DNA of 24,000 nt from Candidatus Bathyarchaeia archaeon (lineage in GTDB: Archaea; Thermoproteota; Bathyarchaeia; Bathyarchaeales; DTEX01): contig JAWCEH010000004.1 of NCBI GenBank assembly GCA_038859955.1, positions 11,196 through 35,195 of the forward strand, read 5' to 3'. This document shows, piece after piece, positions 23,831 to 24,000 of this stretch (positions within the stretch are counted from its first letter, which is position 1; every line of letters starts with the position of its first letter). The position numbers were made by a program, and so were the translations under genes. The notes under the pieces were generated by a model. The model saw nothing but the letters and a program-made list of their open reading frames with translations. It searched no databases and had not been told where the DNA came from.

Positions 23831-24000
23831 AGATTAAGGAACTGAGGGATGGGATGCGTAAGGTTGATCTCGTAGCAAAGGTTCTAGAAATTTCAGAGCC
23901 TCGTGAGGTTATTTCAAGGTTTAGTGGTCAAGTATTTAAGGTTGCTGACGCAATTATAGGTGATGAGACTGATACGATAAAGCTCTCTTTATGGAATGAG
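23827..24000 (+). CDS. OB-fold single-stranded-DNA-binding protein (RPA/SSB-like), 3'-truncated by the window edge
   Basis: Hand translation gives MKIKELRDGMRKVDLVAKVLEISEPREVISRFSGQVFKVADAIIGDETDTIKLSLWNE, the typical archaeal single-OB SSB N-terminal pattern (K.L..GM..V.L...V.E...PREV......V....IGDETG.I.L.LW). A GGAGGG lies upstream. It is absent from the ORF track because it has no stop within the window. Confidence 0.6.
   Translation, partial: MKIKELRDGMRKVDLVAKVLEISEPREVISRFSGQVFKVADAIIGDETDTIKLSLWNE

Noticed and set aside
1-24000. A mobile element, defence island or CRISPR locus as the explanation for the unusual primase-ATPase pair.
   Set aside because: I saw no integrase, transposase, tRNA attachment site, terminal repeats, CRISPR-like periodic repeats or compositional break. 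The flanking genes are housekeeping and share the same Shine-Dalgarno and overlap style. An ancient domesticated element cannot be excluded.

Overview
This is an AT-rich, very gene-dense archaeal chromosomal window. Many genes are joined by 4-nt ATGA stop/start overlaps or preceded by a GGTGAT, GGTGAG or GGAGG Shine-Dalgarno. All family calls come from reading motifs in the translations by eye; no search was run.

Contents:
- Replication genes: a 5'-truncated Orc1/Cdc6, the PolD small subunit (DP1), a PriS-like primase, and the start of an OB-fold SSB at the right edge.
- C1 and cofactor genes typical of H4MPT/F420-using archaea: Ftr, an FmdE-like protein, and CofD coupled to a nitroreductase-fold gene.
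- A carbohydrate block: two GH42-like paralogues and a sugar-phosphate isomerase.
- Transporters: EamA, a minimal FtsX-like permease, and a possible ECF S-component.
- The mevalonate-entry pair: a thiolase-like gene followed by a DUF35::HMG-CoA synthase fusion.

I recognised no rRNA, tRNA, CRISPR array, transposase or integrase, so this does not look like a mobile or defence island.

Best candidates for something new:
1. A Zn-knuckle-less PriS-like primase translationally coupled to a KaiC/RadB-type ATPase, with an orphan 207-aa protein upstream.
2. A tight operon of PurD-like ligase, HAD-like (EhaR-like) protein, 22-codon Cys-Cys micro-ORF, Ftr and PfkB kinase.
3. A thiolase-like protein that appears to lack its nucleophilic Cys and catalytic His, next to the DUF35::HMGCS fusion.

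Several ORF-track starts look over-extended and were re-called using the recurring GGTGAT-N4-6-ATG pattern.
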